Virus record (IMG/VR): IMGVR_UViG_2799112443_000002
Coordinates: 1,254-65,253 of that record
From: a virus
Lineage: Duplodnaviria; Caudoviricetes
Length of the DNA: 64,000 bases
Reading direction: 5' to 3' (one strand)
Below are positions 19,530 through 27,659 of the stretch, in pieces. Made by a program: the position numbers and the translations under genes. The notes under the pieces were generated by a model. The model saw only the letters and a list, made by a program, of their open reading frames with translations. It ran no database searches and was not told the origin of the DNA. Position 1 is the first letter of the stretch; every line of letters begins with the position of its first letter.

Positions 19530-20549
19530 TCACACGCCTTGCTCCTCTACAGGAATCGGTTGAACATCACGCATGATGTGCTCAATCCATTCCATTAATG
19601 TTTCTGATTCCATAATCATGGTCTTCTTCATAACGTTCCTGGCCCTGGCTACGTTTGCAATCTCGCCGATCTGCCGGACATCTGCCTGCATGTAGTACAG
19701 CGCAAACCGTTTCAGATAAGCGCAGAACCATCGTTCGGCTTTTTCTTTCCTGGCGCGGTTCTTTGGAAGCCACCATTCATGCTGCTGAAAGTCGTAATAA
19801 GCATCAACAATGCTTTTAATCACGGCTATCGTTGTTTCTTCTGCCATTCCTCTGCTGATAAAAGCATCGGTCAAAGCAATGCGCTGGCGGATCAGATGAT
19901 CATATGTATCAAGTACATAGTCATCAGTCTGTCCCTTGCGCACCACGCTTTCCTCATTCCACGCCCAGAGATAAATCGACGTCTGGATCTTTTTATCCCG
20001 GCTTTTTGCCAAGGAATACACCAGTATGTTGAAATACCCGTCCTCGTGAATGGTCAGCGCATCATGAAATCTCAAGCCATTTGCTTTCAGGAACTCTTTC
20101 CGCATGACCTTCCCGTGAACAAACACGGTATCGTCATCATGGGCAACCAAGTGAATCGTTCCGTTATCGTCTTTTGTTTCTTCTGTAAACGCGCATCGGA
20201 TCAAATCATATTTGTCTTCAGCGATCTCGCAGAAGATCAGATACAATCCGAACAGTGATTGGAAACAATCGTCAAAATCACAGAACATCACCCAGCTGGC
20301 ATCGGATACATCAAGCCCTGCGTTTCGTGCCCTGGAGACGCCGCCTTTCGGAATGCTGATCTGATGGATTTCATATGGATAACCCTCAAAACATTCCTCC
20401 GGAAGTCTGTTCTCCTCCCCGTCATTTACGAGAATCACACGCACATCATCAAACTGAATGCTTCGTTGAAGAGCAATCGAATCAAAAAGCTTTTTCCCAA
20501 CGCTCCATGGTTCCTGATAGTGTGTAACAATCAGATCGAGATTTCCCGT
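19530..20549 (-). CDS. Glycosyltransferase family 2 (GT-A fold); likely true start is ACG at 20549
   Basis: LIVTHYQEP...VILVNDG...GGVSRARNAGL...FCDFDD...HEDGYF. The track start (GTG 20444) omits the first GT-A strand. Confidence 0.8.
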   Translation of the reverse strand, partial: TGNLDLIVTHYQEPWSVGKKLFDSIALQRSIQFDDVRVILVNDGEENRLPEECFEGYPYEIHQISIPKGGVSRARNAGLDVSDASWVMFCDFDDCFQSLFGLYLIFCEIAEDKYDLIRCAFTEETKDDNGTIHLVAHDDDTVFVHGKVMRKEFLKANGLRFHDALTIHEDGYFNILVYSLAKSRDKKIQTSIYLWAWNEESVVRKGQTDDYVLDTYDHLIRQRIALTDAFISRGMAEETTIAVIKSIVDAYYDFQQHEWWLPKNRARKEKAERWFCAYLKRFALYYMQADVRQIGEIANVARARNVMKKTMIMESETLMEWIEHIMRDVQPIPVEEQGV

Positions 20550-20577
20550 ATAAATCTCCCCTTCTTGTTTTGCCCGC

Positions 20578-20922
20578 TTACCGGATTACCCGGGCAAACG
20601 GGACAACGTCGTTCAGCATTGTTTCCGGAATATCGGCAGAGCCGTAATTCCGATGTATGCCGTTTTCAATGTGCTGAATCTCGCCCTCCGCTCCACGCTT
20701 ATTCAGCATGTAGCACGCCATGTTCAGCTGGATTGCAACGTATCTGTCCGGAACATCAACGTCCCCGTCATATTCATAATCATCCGGGAACTGGTACATC
20801 CGGTTGAGAATCTTGTGCTTTGCAAGGTCCAGATAAACAGTCAGAATGTCGTCTGAATCTTCGATATCACCCATCATGGTTCGAAGCAATTCAATCTTTT
20901 TGTCCATCGTCATTCTGACCAT
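20578..20922 (-). CDS. Head-tail connector protein (gp6/gp15-like)
   Basis: YLDLAKHKILNR...KRGAEGEIQHIENGIHRNY pattern. Confidence 0.75.
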   Translation of the reverse strand: MVRMTMDKKIELLRTMMGDIEDSDDILTVYLDLAKHKILNRMYQFPDDYEYDGDVDVPDRYVAIQLNMACYMLNKRGAEGEIQHIENGIHRNYGSADIPETMLNDVVPFARVIR

Positions 20923-20931
20923 CTCCTTTCC

Positions 20932-21183
20932 TTACTTTCCGTTCTTGCGCCTTCCGGAATTCCGCTGCCGAACAGGTTCTTCCGCCTTCTCTTCAGGCTC
21001 ATTTTCATGAACTTCTTCTGCTACAGTTTCCACTACAGGTTCTTCTTTCGGAGCAGAACGTTTGGTTTTCCCAGAGCTCAAAATCTCAACACATTCACCA
21101 AGCGTTTCGCTTGTCTCAAAAACCTCTCCAGGTTTATGCCATCCATTTGCATCTTTCACGTTCCATCTGGCCTTTACCAACAT
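20932..21183 (-). CDS. Small head-associated protein
   Basis: AAAGGGG RBS before ATG 21183; directly after the major capsid gene. Confidence 0.6.
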   Translation of the reverse strand: MLVKARWNVKDANGWHKPGEVFETSETLGECVEILSSGKTKRSAPKEEPVVETVAEEVHENEPEEKAEEPVRQRNSGRRKNGK

Positions 21184-21248
21184 GATGGTTTCCCCTTTCT
21201 GTTGGATTCCAGGCGACGGCATGACCTCTACCGCCGCCTGGAATGTCA

Positions 21249-22322
21249 TTACTTCACCTTAATCAGGGCGACCTCGTTCATCCGCTCAAAGGACGGCAGA
21301 ACGATTTCAGAAGCAAAGGTATTGATGTTCACGGGATGCGGATCCACGATCTGGGTCAGTGCGATACCGTTATTCACGATGACCACGTCCGCCTGGCCAC
21401 TGCCCATCAGGTCAGCTTCCTCGGGAGTGGTTCCGCGCCAGGTGTTGCCCAGTGCGCCATTCGGGATCACGGACACATAATTGTCCGGAACGAACTTATG
21501 GGTCACGCCATCTTCGTCCTTGTACTGTTTGTCATACACGACGATGCCAGCCAGGCCCAGGGCGTCCTTCAGCACGGTAATGATCTGCGCGTCGGTCAGA
21601 TAACCAACCGCAAGTCCGTTCGTGGTTAGGAACAGGTCCTTAATGGCCTTAATGCTACGGAACAGTTTGAAGGTCTCATTGTTCATAATGATCAGAGTGC
21701 CTTCGCCGCCCTGGGCACGAATCGCATCCTGCGCAGTACGGATGTCCGTCAGCGGGTCAGCAGCATTCGGCTTGTCCCAGGTATAGGAACTGTTCACTTC
21801 AAAGTAGTTGGTAGCTTTCCATGCGCCATTGGGGTCATAGTTGTAGGTGTAATTCACGCCGTTCGCCTCAATGGTAATGCCGGCATTGCCACTATCCGCA
21901 AACAGCAGCTGCATAATCATCCGTTCCGGAACGACCAGGGCGCCTTCCAGCAGGTTGCTCGCATCATCAAACACCTTGTTCAGCGCGTCGTTCATATACG
22001 GATCATTCTTTTCCTTAATCCGCAGGATTTCCTGACGATCCTTTTCCTTGATCTTGAAGCCCTCCCGGAAGAAAGGCATCTCAGTCTCCAGCATCTTGAC
22101 GCCTTCCCGGCTGCGGAACGTAGCTTTCGCATCAAAGGCGCTGGGCATCAGGGATACCGGAACACCCTTGCTGCCTTTAATCCACTTCAGGTCGAGACCG
22201 GCCTTCTGCTTGGATGGGAACAGGGTTTCGCCAAGATAGGGAATCTTGTTGCTCTGGGCTTCCGTCCAGTTTGCAGCGATAACAGTAGGCGTTACCAGCT
22301 TACGAAACTCGGTAAGATTCAT
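21249..22322 (-). CDS. Major capsid protein (lambda gpE-like family)
   Basis: 357 aa; YLGETLFP...MPFFRE...ERMIMQLL...IVLPSFE. Confidence 0.85.
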   Translation of the reverse strand: MNLTEFRKLVTPTVIAANWTEAQSNKIPYLGETLFPSKQKAGLDLKWIKGSKGVPVSLMPSAFDAKATFRSREGVKMLETEMPFFREGFKIKEKDRQEILRIKEKNDPYMNDALNKVFDDASNLLEGALVVPERMIMQLLFADSGNAGITIEANGVNYTYNYDPNGAWKATNYFEVNSSYTWDKPNAADPLTDIRTAQDAIRAQGGEGTLIIMNNETFKLFRSIKAIKDLFLTTNGLAVGYLTDAQIITVLKDALGLAGIVVYDKQYKDEDGVTHKFVPDNYVSVIPNGALGNTWRGTTPEEADLMGSGQADVVIVNNGIALTQIVDPHPVNINTFASEIVLPSFERMNEVALIKVK

Positions 22323-22398
22323 AATTTTTGTCTCCTTTCGCTTGTTATTGTGTTTCCTGTATCACGTATCGTGATTCTCCGGTCTAAAAAAATTATTT

Positions 22399-23046
22399 TT
22401 AGTCCGGCCACTGTACATGCCGAAGCAAATGTCCACATCCGACACGTACGTCCGCATAGATCGAAATTCCGCATGTTCGGCAAAGACTGCAAAAGTACAG
22501 ATCTTCGCTAAGCATTCCTTTGTTCGCATCTCCGTAATTGACCCAGTCATACCACGGATGCGACGCTTTCCGAAACACTTCTGTCCGGATCAATGCACAT
22601 CCCATGCCGCCGCCATGGACCTCAATCTTGCTGCCCCCAGCCTCCGCCATGGCGTGCATTTCTGTTGCGGAATACACACTCTCCAACGGATAGTGGTAAT
22701 ACTCTTTGCCTTCCGAATCCTTGAGCCTGCATATACAGGTGTTACCCCTGTAAATGTTGTCCGTTCCCCTGTGAGCATAATACCCAAGGTTTACGTCGCG
22801 GGCATCTTCCATCAAAAGCTTCAGCGCATTCTGAGGAATCACAACATCGTTATCGACCATCAGCACAAAGTCTGTTTCAAGATCCATAGCTTTCTGGGCG
22901 ATTTTGTTCCTTGCCGTTGCGACATCATAGCCGCGAACAGATTCAAACGGTGTTTCATGCCCGCATTTATCCAGGTCCCACAAGCTTTTGTAAGTGTCCG
23001 GATAAATCGTTTCAAAGGTTGGAACCGCAATGAGTATCTTAGCCAT
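22399..23046 (-). CDS. Glycosyltransferase (GT-A/GT2-like)
   Basis: ILIAVPT...ARNKIAQ...LMVDND (DxD)...GGMGCALIR...SEDLYFC...GH. Confidence 0.8.
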   Translation of the reverse strand: MAKILIAVPTFETIYPDTYKSLWDLDKCGHETPFESVRGYDVATARNKIAQKAMDLETDFVLMVDNDVVIPQNALKLLMEDARDVNLGYYAHRGTDNIYRGNTCICRLKDSEGKEYYHYPLESVYSATEMHAMAEAGGSKIEVHGGGMGCALIRTEVFRKASHPWYDWVNYGDANKGMLSEDLYFCSLCRTCGISIYADVRVGCGHLLRHVQWPD

Positions 23047-23767
23047 GCAGTACTTCCTTCCACGTTAGTTTCCGCGCTTCTTCCAGATACTCAACCCGAT
23101 CAATCTGCGGATCGTTCTGCCAGTTTTTAATCCCGGCGTAATGAACCACCGCAGGACGATCAGAAAGGTGCGTTACGCGGCTTTCATTGAACCGACCTGG
23201 AATCTGTACAGCTTTTGTCTGCCAGTACATATTCCACGCATCCTGGTCGATATACGGCATCTTGCGCGTATTCAGCGTGTAGATCATCAGATCATCCGCA
23301 AAGTCCTCACGAATCTGTTTCAGGTTAAACATCGTTACGCCGATGTTATAGTACACAGGCCCGAACGGTTTATATGTGGACTTATCCTCCACAACTGCCG
23401 CGAACCACTTCCCTTCCAGATCCACGTCCCACAGTTCGTCTATATCATCCGTTACAATAGTGTCCACATCCAGCTGGAGAATCTTATCAATGCTCTCCGG
23501 AAGGATTTTTGTGTAGCACACCCGCAACAGACTCATATAGGAAAACGGGGTTAGGAAGTTTACTCCCCTTTGCGGGAAAAACTGCTGGCCGCTGACATTG
23601 ATGGTTTCGACAATGGATGGCAGCTTTTCGGGGAATGTATCATCCTCAATCAGGAAGTAAATCTTCTCAACGGAACTGTGTTTTACAAGCGTTTTCGCTG
23701 CTGTAACCATATCCGGATACAGGTTTCTTGTTCCTGAGTAAACAGCTGTCTTCATGCCGGCCACCAA
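23039..23767 (-). CDS. Glycosyltransferase family 8
   Basis: KILQLDVDTIV (DxD), YYNIGVTMFNL, DQDAWN, VVHYAG motifs. Confidence 0.85.
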   Translation of the reverse strand: MVAGMKTAVYSGTRNLYPDMVTAAKTLVKHSSVEKIYFLIEDDTFPEKLPSIVETINVSGQQFFPQRGVNFLTPFSYMSLLRVCYTKILPESIDKILQLDVDTIVTDDIDELWDVDLEGKWFAAVVEDKSTYKPFGPVYYNIGVTMFNLKQIREDFADDLMIYTLNTRKMPYIDQDAWNMYWQTKAVQIPGRFNESRVTHLSDRPAVVHYAGIKNWQNDPQIDRVEYLEEARKLTWKEVLHG

Positions 23768-23775
23768 TTGTCAAA

Positions 23776-24138
23776 TTAGGTCTCGCCGGTCTCGCCTGTC
23801 TGGCCGTTCACGCCGATGTTCGTCCGGAATACAATCCCGGGCAGCGCAGAGTACAGTGCAGACACATAAGTCACGCCACTATGCGCCTGGGCAACCTTGG
23901 CATTGATGATGCCCTGCACAACCGCAGCACCATTGGGATTCTCGGCAGTGTCCACATCATACAGCAGAACACCGACAGCGCCAGCGCCAGTGGTCGAAGC
24001 GCCAGCAGCAGTCAGAGGCGTACCAGCCTTCACAACCGTTCCGCTACCAGGCGCAGCAACAGTCACAGGAATCGCCTGGAAGTCTTTGCTGGCAAGGATT
24101 TCAACGCCGCCGCCAACCGCAGTTTCAGTATACTTCAT
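23776..24138 (-). CDS. Head decoration protein
   Basis: VKAGTPL...GVLLYDVD pattern; between scaffold and major capsid genes. Confidence 0.75.
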   Translation of the reverse strand: MKYTETAVGGGVEILASKDFQAIPVTVAAPGSGTVVKAGTPLTAAGASTTGAGAVGVLLYDVDTAENPNGAAVVQGIINAKVAQAHSGVTYVSALYSALPGIVFRTNIGVNGQTGETGET

Positions 24139-24210
24139 ACCTTTTCTCTCCTTTCAAAAGAGTAATAATATTGTCCATCGGTCCAAGCCTTCAGGCCGAA
24201 CCTTCCAGCT

Positions 24211-24900
24211 TTACCGGATGTACCCTTTCAATCCTTCGGTAATAGACTTATCAGCCTCCGCCCGGCTGCGCCCAAGACGTTTTGCAATCTCGATTGCTGC
24301 CTTTTCTTCGGCATCCTCTTCATTGCTTCCGCCGGCACCAGGTCCCGGGATCTTACCGAACTCAATACGAATCGCTTTCTCTTTGGCTTCCCACGCTTTC
24401 TGAATCAGCAGCAGTGCATTGTCAACGTCCTCGCACCCAGCAAGACATTCAGCAATCTTTCCTGCCGCCTCTTCATCCACCGAAAGCTTCGCCATAACAG
24501 ACTTTGTGGACTTTGCCCTGGCAACCTCTCGCTCAAGCTCTGCAAGCCTTGCCGCAGCTTTCTCTTCCGCTTCCTTTTTGTTGGCCGCGTCAATCTCTTC
24601 CTGCGTCTGCTTTGCCCTGAGCTCTTTCTTGTACTTCCCGGCCTCGCTCGTTGCCGCGTCTAGCGCTGCTTTTTGCTTGGCCATGTCCGCCTTCAGTTGC
24701 TCAATAACAGCTGCAAGTGACTTCGTATCCTCTGCGCCTTTCCCATCCGGGTTATCGCCGCCAGGATTGTTTTCTCCGCCACTCGGATCGCCACCAGCAG
24801 GATCTCCGCCGGCCGGATCGTCTCCACCGTTTCCGCCTCCGTCATCCGGCGCAAACATGAACTTCGGGCTCATCCAGAAACCATTGCGATTGCGTACCAT
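24211..24900 (-). CDS. Capsid scaffolding protein (DUF4355-like)
   Basis: FAPDDGGG acidic Gly-rich N-terminus followed by long coiled coil. Confidence 0.8.
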   Translation of the reverse strand: MVRNRNGFWMSPKFMFAPDDGGGNGGDDPAGGDPAGGDPSGGENNPGGDNPDGKGAEDTKSLAAVIEQLKADMAKQKAALDAATSEAGKYKKELRAKQTQEEIDAANKKEAEEKAAARLAELEREVARAKSTKSVMAKLSVDEEAAGKIAECLAGCEDVDNALLLIQKAWEAKEKAIRIEFGKIPGPGAGGSNEEDAEEKAAIEIAKRLGRSRAEADKSITEGLKGYIR

Positions 24901-25031
24901 AAACCATTTCTCCTTTGCGTTTTAACGTCTTCTCTGACACTTTGTTTTGCGATTATAGCCTTCTCTGGCTTTTTGCGTTTTAACGTCTTCTCTGACAATC
25001 TATTTCAAACAGCTTTCGCTGTTGAAAGCAA

Positions 25032-25691
25032 TCACTCTTTTACTTCGTCATCCAGAACAGGAACCCATGTGCACCTGCATTTCGGATGTGGCTTCACTGG
25101 CAATTCATCAATCTTGAACTTCTTCCCGTCGAGCGACATGCACTCCCGGCAAACCCGTTCATCCGCCTCGCTTTCCCACTCAACCACCTCAATCTTTGCG
25201 TCCAGGAACGCATCAATCAAAGCATAGTCCGTTGCGTTGATCGCGTATTGACCCAGCTGCTGACTCCACAGTTTCAGTGCTTTATCGATCTCCAGCGCTT
25301 TATCCTGTGCCACTTCCAGCGCTTCCGCAAGCTTGTACGCTTTGCGCTCCATTTCTGTATCAAACCGATACAGCGTCATGAAGTCCGTATCATGCAGCAT
25401 CTTGCGAACCCACTCTTCTGTGATCGCCTTCTCTGCCATAGCATGTGCCTTCTTCGGTTCTATTCTGCACAATGCCATGGCCAGCAGGTACGCCTCAAAC
25501 GCCACCTCGTAATAGCGTTTCTGGGCTCGCTTTGCGGACTTCTCGTACACTTCTTTCACAGTCCGGATGATATTAATTCTGTCAAAGTTCGCTGTCTTCA
25601 GGCGCCAAAACGCTTCCACGTTTTCTCTGTTCATCGCCTGAATGGCCTTATCACAAGCGGCGTAGACGTTTATTCTCTTCACGTCCGTCAC
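25032..25691 (-). CDS. Minor capsid / head morphogenesis protein (Mu gpF/SPP1 gp7-like)
   Basis: WESEADERVCREC...KPHPKCRC C-terminal motif. Confidence 0.8.
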   Translation of the reverse strand: MTDVKRINVYAACDKAIQAMNRENVEAFWRLKTANFDRINIIRTVKEVYEKSAKRAQKRYYEVAFEAYLLAMALCRIEPKKAHAMAEKAITEEWVRKMLHDTDFMTLYRFDTEMERKAYKLAEALEVAQDKALEIDKALKLWSQQLGQYAINATDYALIDAFLDAKIEVVEWESEADERVCRECMSLDGKKFKIDELPVKPHPKCRCTWVPVLDDEVKE

Positions 25692-27442
25692 CGCCCAACG
25701 CTAACGCCATTTCCACGTCTCGCACGGTTGGAGCAGGACAAAGAGTCATAAATCTGGTTACTCTCCTTCTTCAGGAAACGCTTTCCACACACCGGGCAGA
25801 TCGCCCACTGTCCGCTTCTTTCCTGCTTCTCGCCGCCGCCAGATCCGCCGCCGCCTTCAGCTTCTGCTTGAGCCTGAATGCCATCCGATGACACCGGATT
25901 GGTCGTGTCATTCTCCTTCAGCGGGAGCTCTCCGTCATCCAGAACACCGTTCATCCGGTCCAGTTCGTCTGCCAGCATCTGCTGATAATCGTCATACACA
26001 ATCGCGTCACTCTCAGGATCACGACTCAGATGGCTGAACTTAAACGCCTGAATGGACGGCATACCGCTTGTTCTCAGTGTTGCAAACGCCTGTGTCTTTA
26101 CCATCAGATCTTCGTAGCTCTGCCGCCAGAATCTCGGCTCAAGGTCACTGATCTTCAGTCCTGTCAGCTTGTTTGTGTCATTGCAGATCTTCAGCACCAC
26201 TTTCAGAAAATCCGTCTCCGCTTTCTTCCACATGTTCTGTGTCTGAAGCGCCCGGCCTTCCGCATGCCACCAGCCATTTCGCATGATCACCGCGCCGTTA
26301 TTGCTGCTGTCTCCCGTGCTGCCATCGCTCATCCCAGGCATACCAACAATCTGCAGGATCGTCTGCTTCATGTCGTTCACCAGCGTCTGCGTCTGGCTCT
26401 GATCCAGCTGCTCCGTCAGGTAATACAGTTTCTTTCCACTGCTGTTCCCGCCATTCTGCGTTGCCGGCAGCTTAATCGCTCCCAGATCTTTCAGTTCCAG
26501 GAAATCCTCCCGGCTGATATCCACGCCGTCAAACACCATCAGTGCCTGGATGAACTGCTCAATCCCGTCCAGCCTGTTCGACTGGCACAGGTTCAGCGCG
26601 TCCAGCAGCGGAATCACCGGCTCAAAGGCACCCATATAGTCCGGATTGCACGGGTACTCAATCAGACTGACCATCCCGAAGTTATGCCGCTTCTCGTCCG
26701 TGATCTTCAGCCCACTATCCGTGCCGACCACATATGGCATCCCTTCAATCGTGTACGTTACGTTCTTTGTGTATACGGTATATTCAACGCTGTTGTCCGG
26801 CGGGTCCCTATAAACATAAGTAACACCCATAACTACCGGTTTCTTTGCGTTGTTGTACCGCACGACAAACGTGTTCTCCACGTCCGGGATTGCGATCTCA
26901 AACGGAGCCTCGTCAAGATATTCATTTCCTTTAGTCGCGTCATCCTGATAAACCAGTCGATACGCAACCCCATTAATGAACATCTTATGTGCAAGCTCAA
27001 GGTCCAGCGTCTGCTTCCCTTCGGAAAGCATCATGTCATTAACCTCTGCAACCTTTTCCGGAACATCCCGCTTATCATTCTCAACGCCTTTATTGCCTTT
27101 CCGACTCACATATTGAATCGGCTCTCCGGCAAACTCAGACTCCTTGAACGTAACAATCGAGCTCGCAAGATTTACAACAATCCTGTTGTTAATCTCCGCA
27201 TTGTACATCTTCGTACGTTCCAGAATCGGCTGGATCCCGCGCTCATACTTCTGAAGATACAGGATCTCTCTCCGGTTCTTATCATGAACAGACAGCGCCT
27301 TCATCAGCACGTCAATCACGTTCTTCCGGGTAATCTCTTTCTCTCCTGTATAAATCACGCGACGACCATGTAAGTCTTTGGAGATATCCAGCTGGTTATT
27401 CTCCGCCGTGGTCACGTCATAAACCTCCAGGCTTTTTCCCAA
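25688..27442 (-). CDS. Portal protein (SPP1-like)
   Basis: 584 aa after terminase; NNRIVVNLASSIV...GEPIQY pattern. Confidence 0.85.
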   Translation of the reverse strand: MGKSLEVYDVTTAENNQLDISKDLHGRRVIYTGEKEITRKNVIDVLMKALSVHDKNRREILYLQKYERGIQPILERTKMYNAEINNRIVVNLASSIVTFKESEFAGEPIQYVSRKGNKGVENDKRDVPEKVAEVNDMMLSEGKQTLDLELAHKMFINGVAYRLVYQDDATKGNEYLDEAPFEIAIPDVENTFVVRYNNAKKPVVMGVTYVYRDPPDNSVEYTVYTKNVTYTIEGMPYVVGTDSGLKITDEKRHNFGMVSLIEYPCNPDYMGAFEPVIPLLDALNLCQSNRLDGIEQFIQALMVFDGVDISREDFLELKDLGAIKLPATQNGGNSSGKKLYYLTEQLDQSQTQTLVNDMKQTILQIVGMPGMSDGSTGDSSNNGAVIMRNGWWHAEGRALQTQNMWKKAETDFLKVVLKICNDTNKLTGLKISDLEPRFWRQSYEDLMVKTQAFATLRTSGMPSIQAFKFSHLSRDPESDAIVYDDYQQMLADELDRMNGVLDDGELPLKENDTTNPVSSDGIQAQAEAEGGGGSGGGEKQERSGQWAICPVCGKRFLKKESNQIYDSLSCSNRARRGNGVSVGR

Positions 27443-27468
27443 ACCGGACCCTCCTCTCTTTTCTCTGT

Positions 27469-27511
27469 AAAAAAAGGCACTGAATAGCGGCTCTCCTCGC
27501 TATTCAGCGCC
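27469..27511 (-). terminator. Intrinsic terminator upstream of the portal gene
   Basis: GGCGCTGAATAGCG/CGCTATTCAGTGCC stem followed by 7 T on the - strand. Confidence 0.8.
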
Positions 27512-27590
27512 TTCGTACTGTTCTTCTTGGTGATTGTCCTTGTCCCATTAATGGGTCGTAAAGAAAAGAAGAACAGTGTTCATCAAGCAC

Positions 27591-27619
27591 ATTATATAGT
27601 TCAATCCGTTAATTGTCAA
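27591..27619 (-). promoter_or_regulatory. Consensus sigmaA/70 promoter
   Basis: TTGACA (27619-27614) - 17 bp - TATAAT (27596-27591). Confidence 0.85.
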
Positions 27620-27659
27620 CACGTTTCGCGTTTTTATTATCTCTTTTTGATATTTCCAT

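Noticed and set aside
16101-27373. Long + strand ORFs such as 16101-17027 and 26030-27373
   Set aside because: Antisense shadows of tape measure, portal and other well-supported - strand genes.
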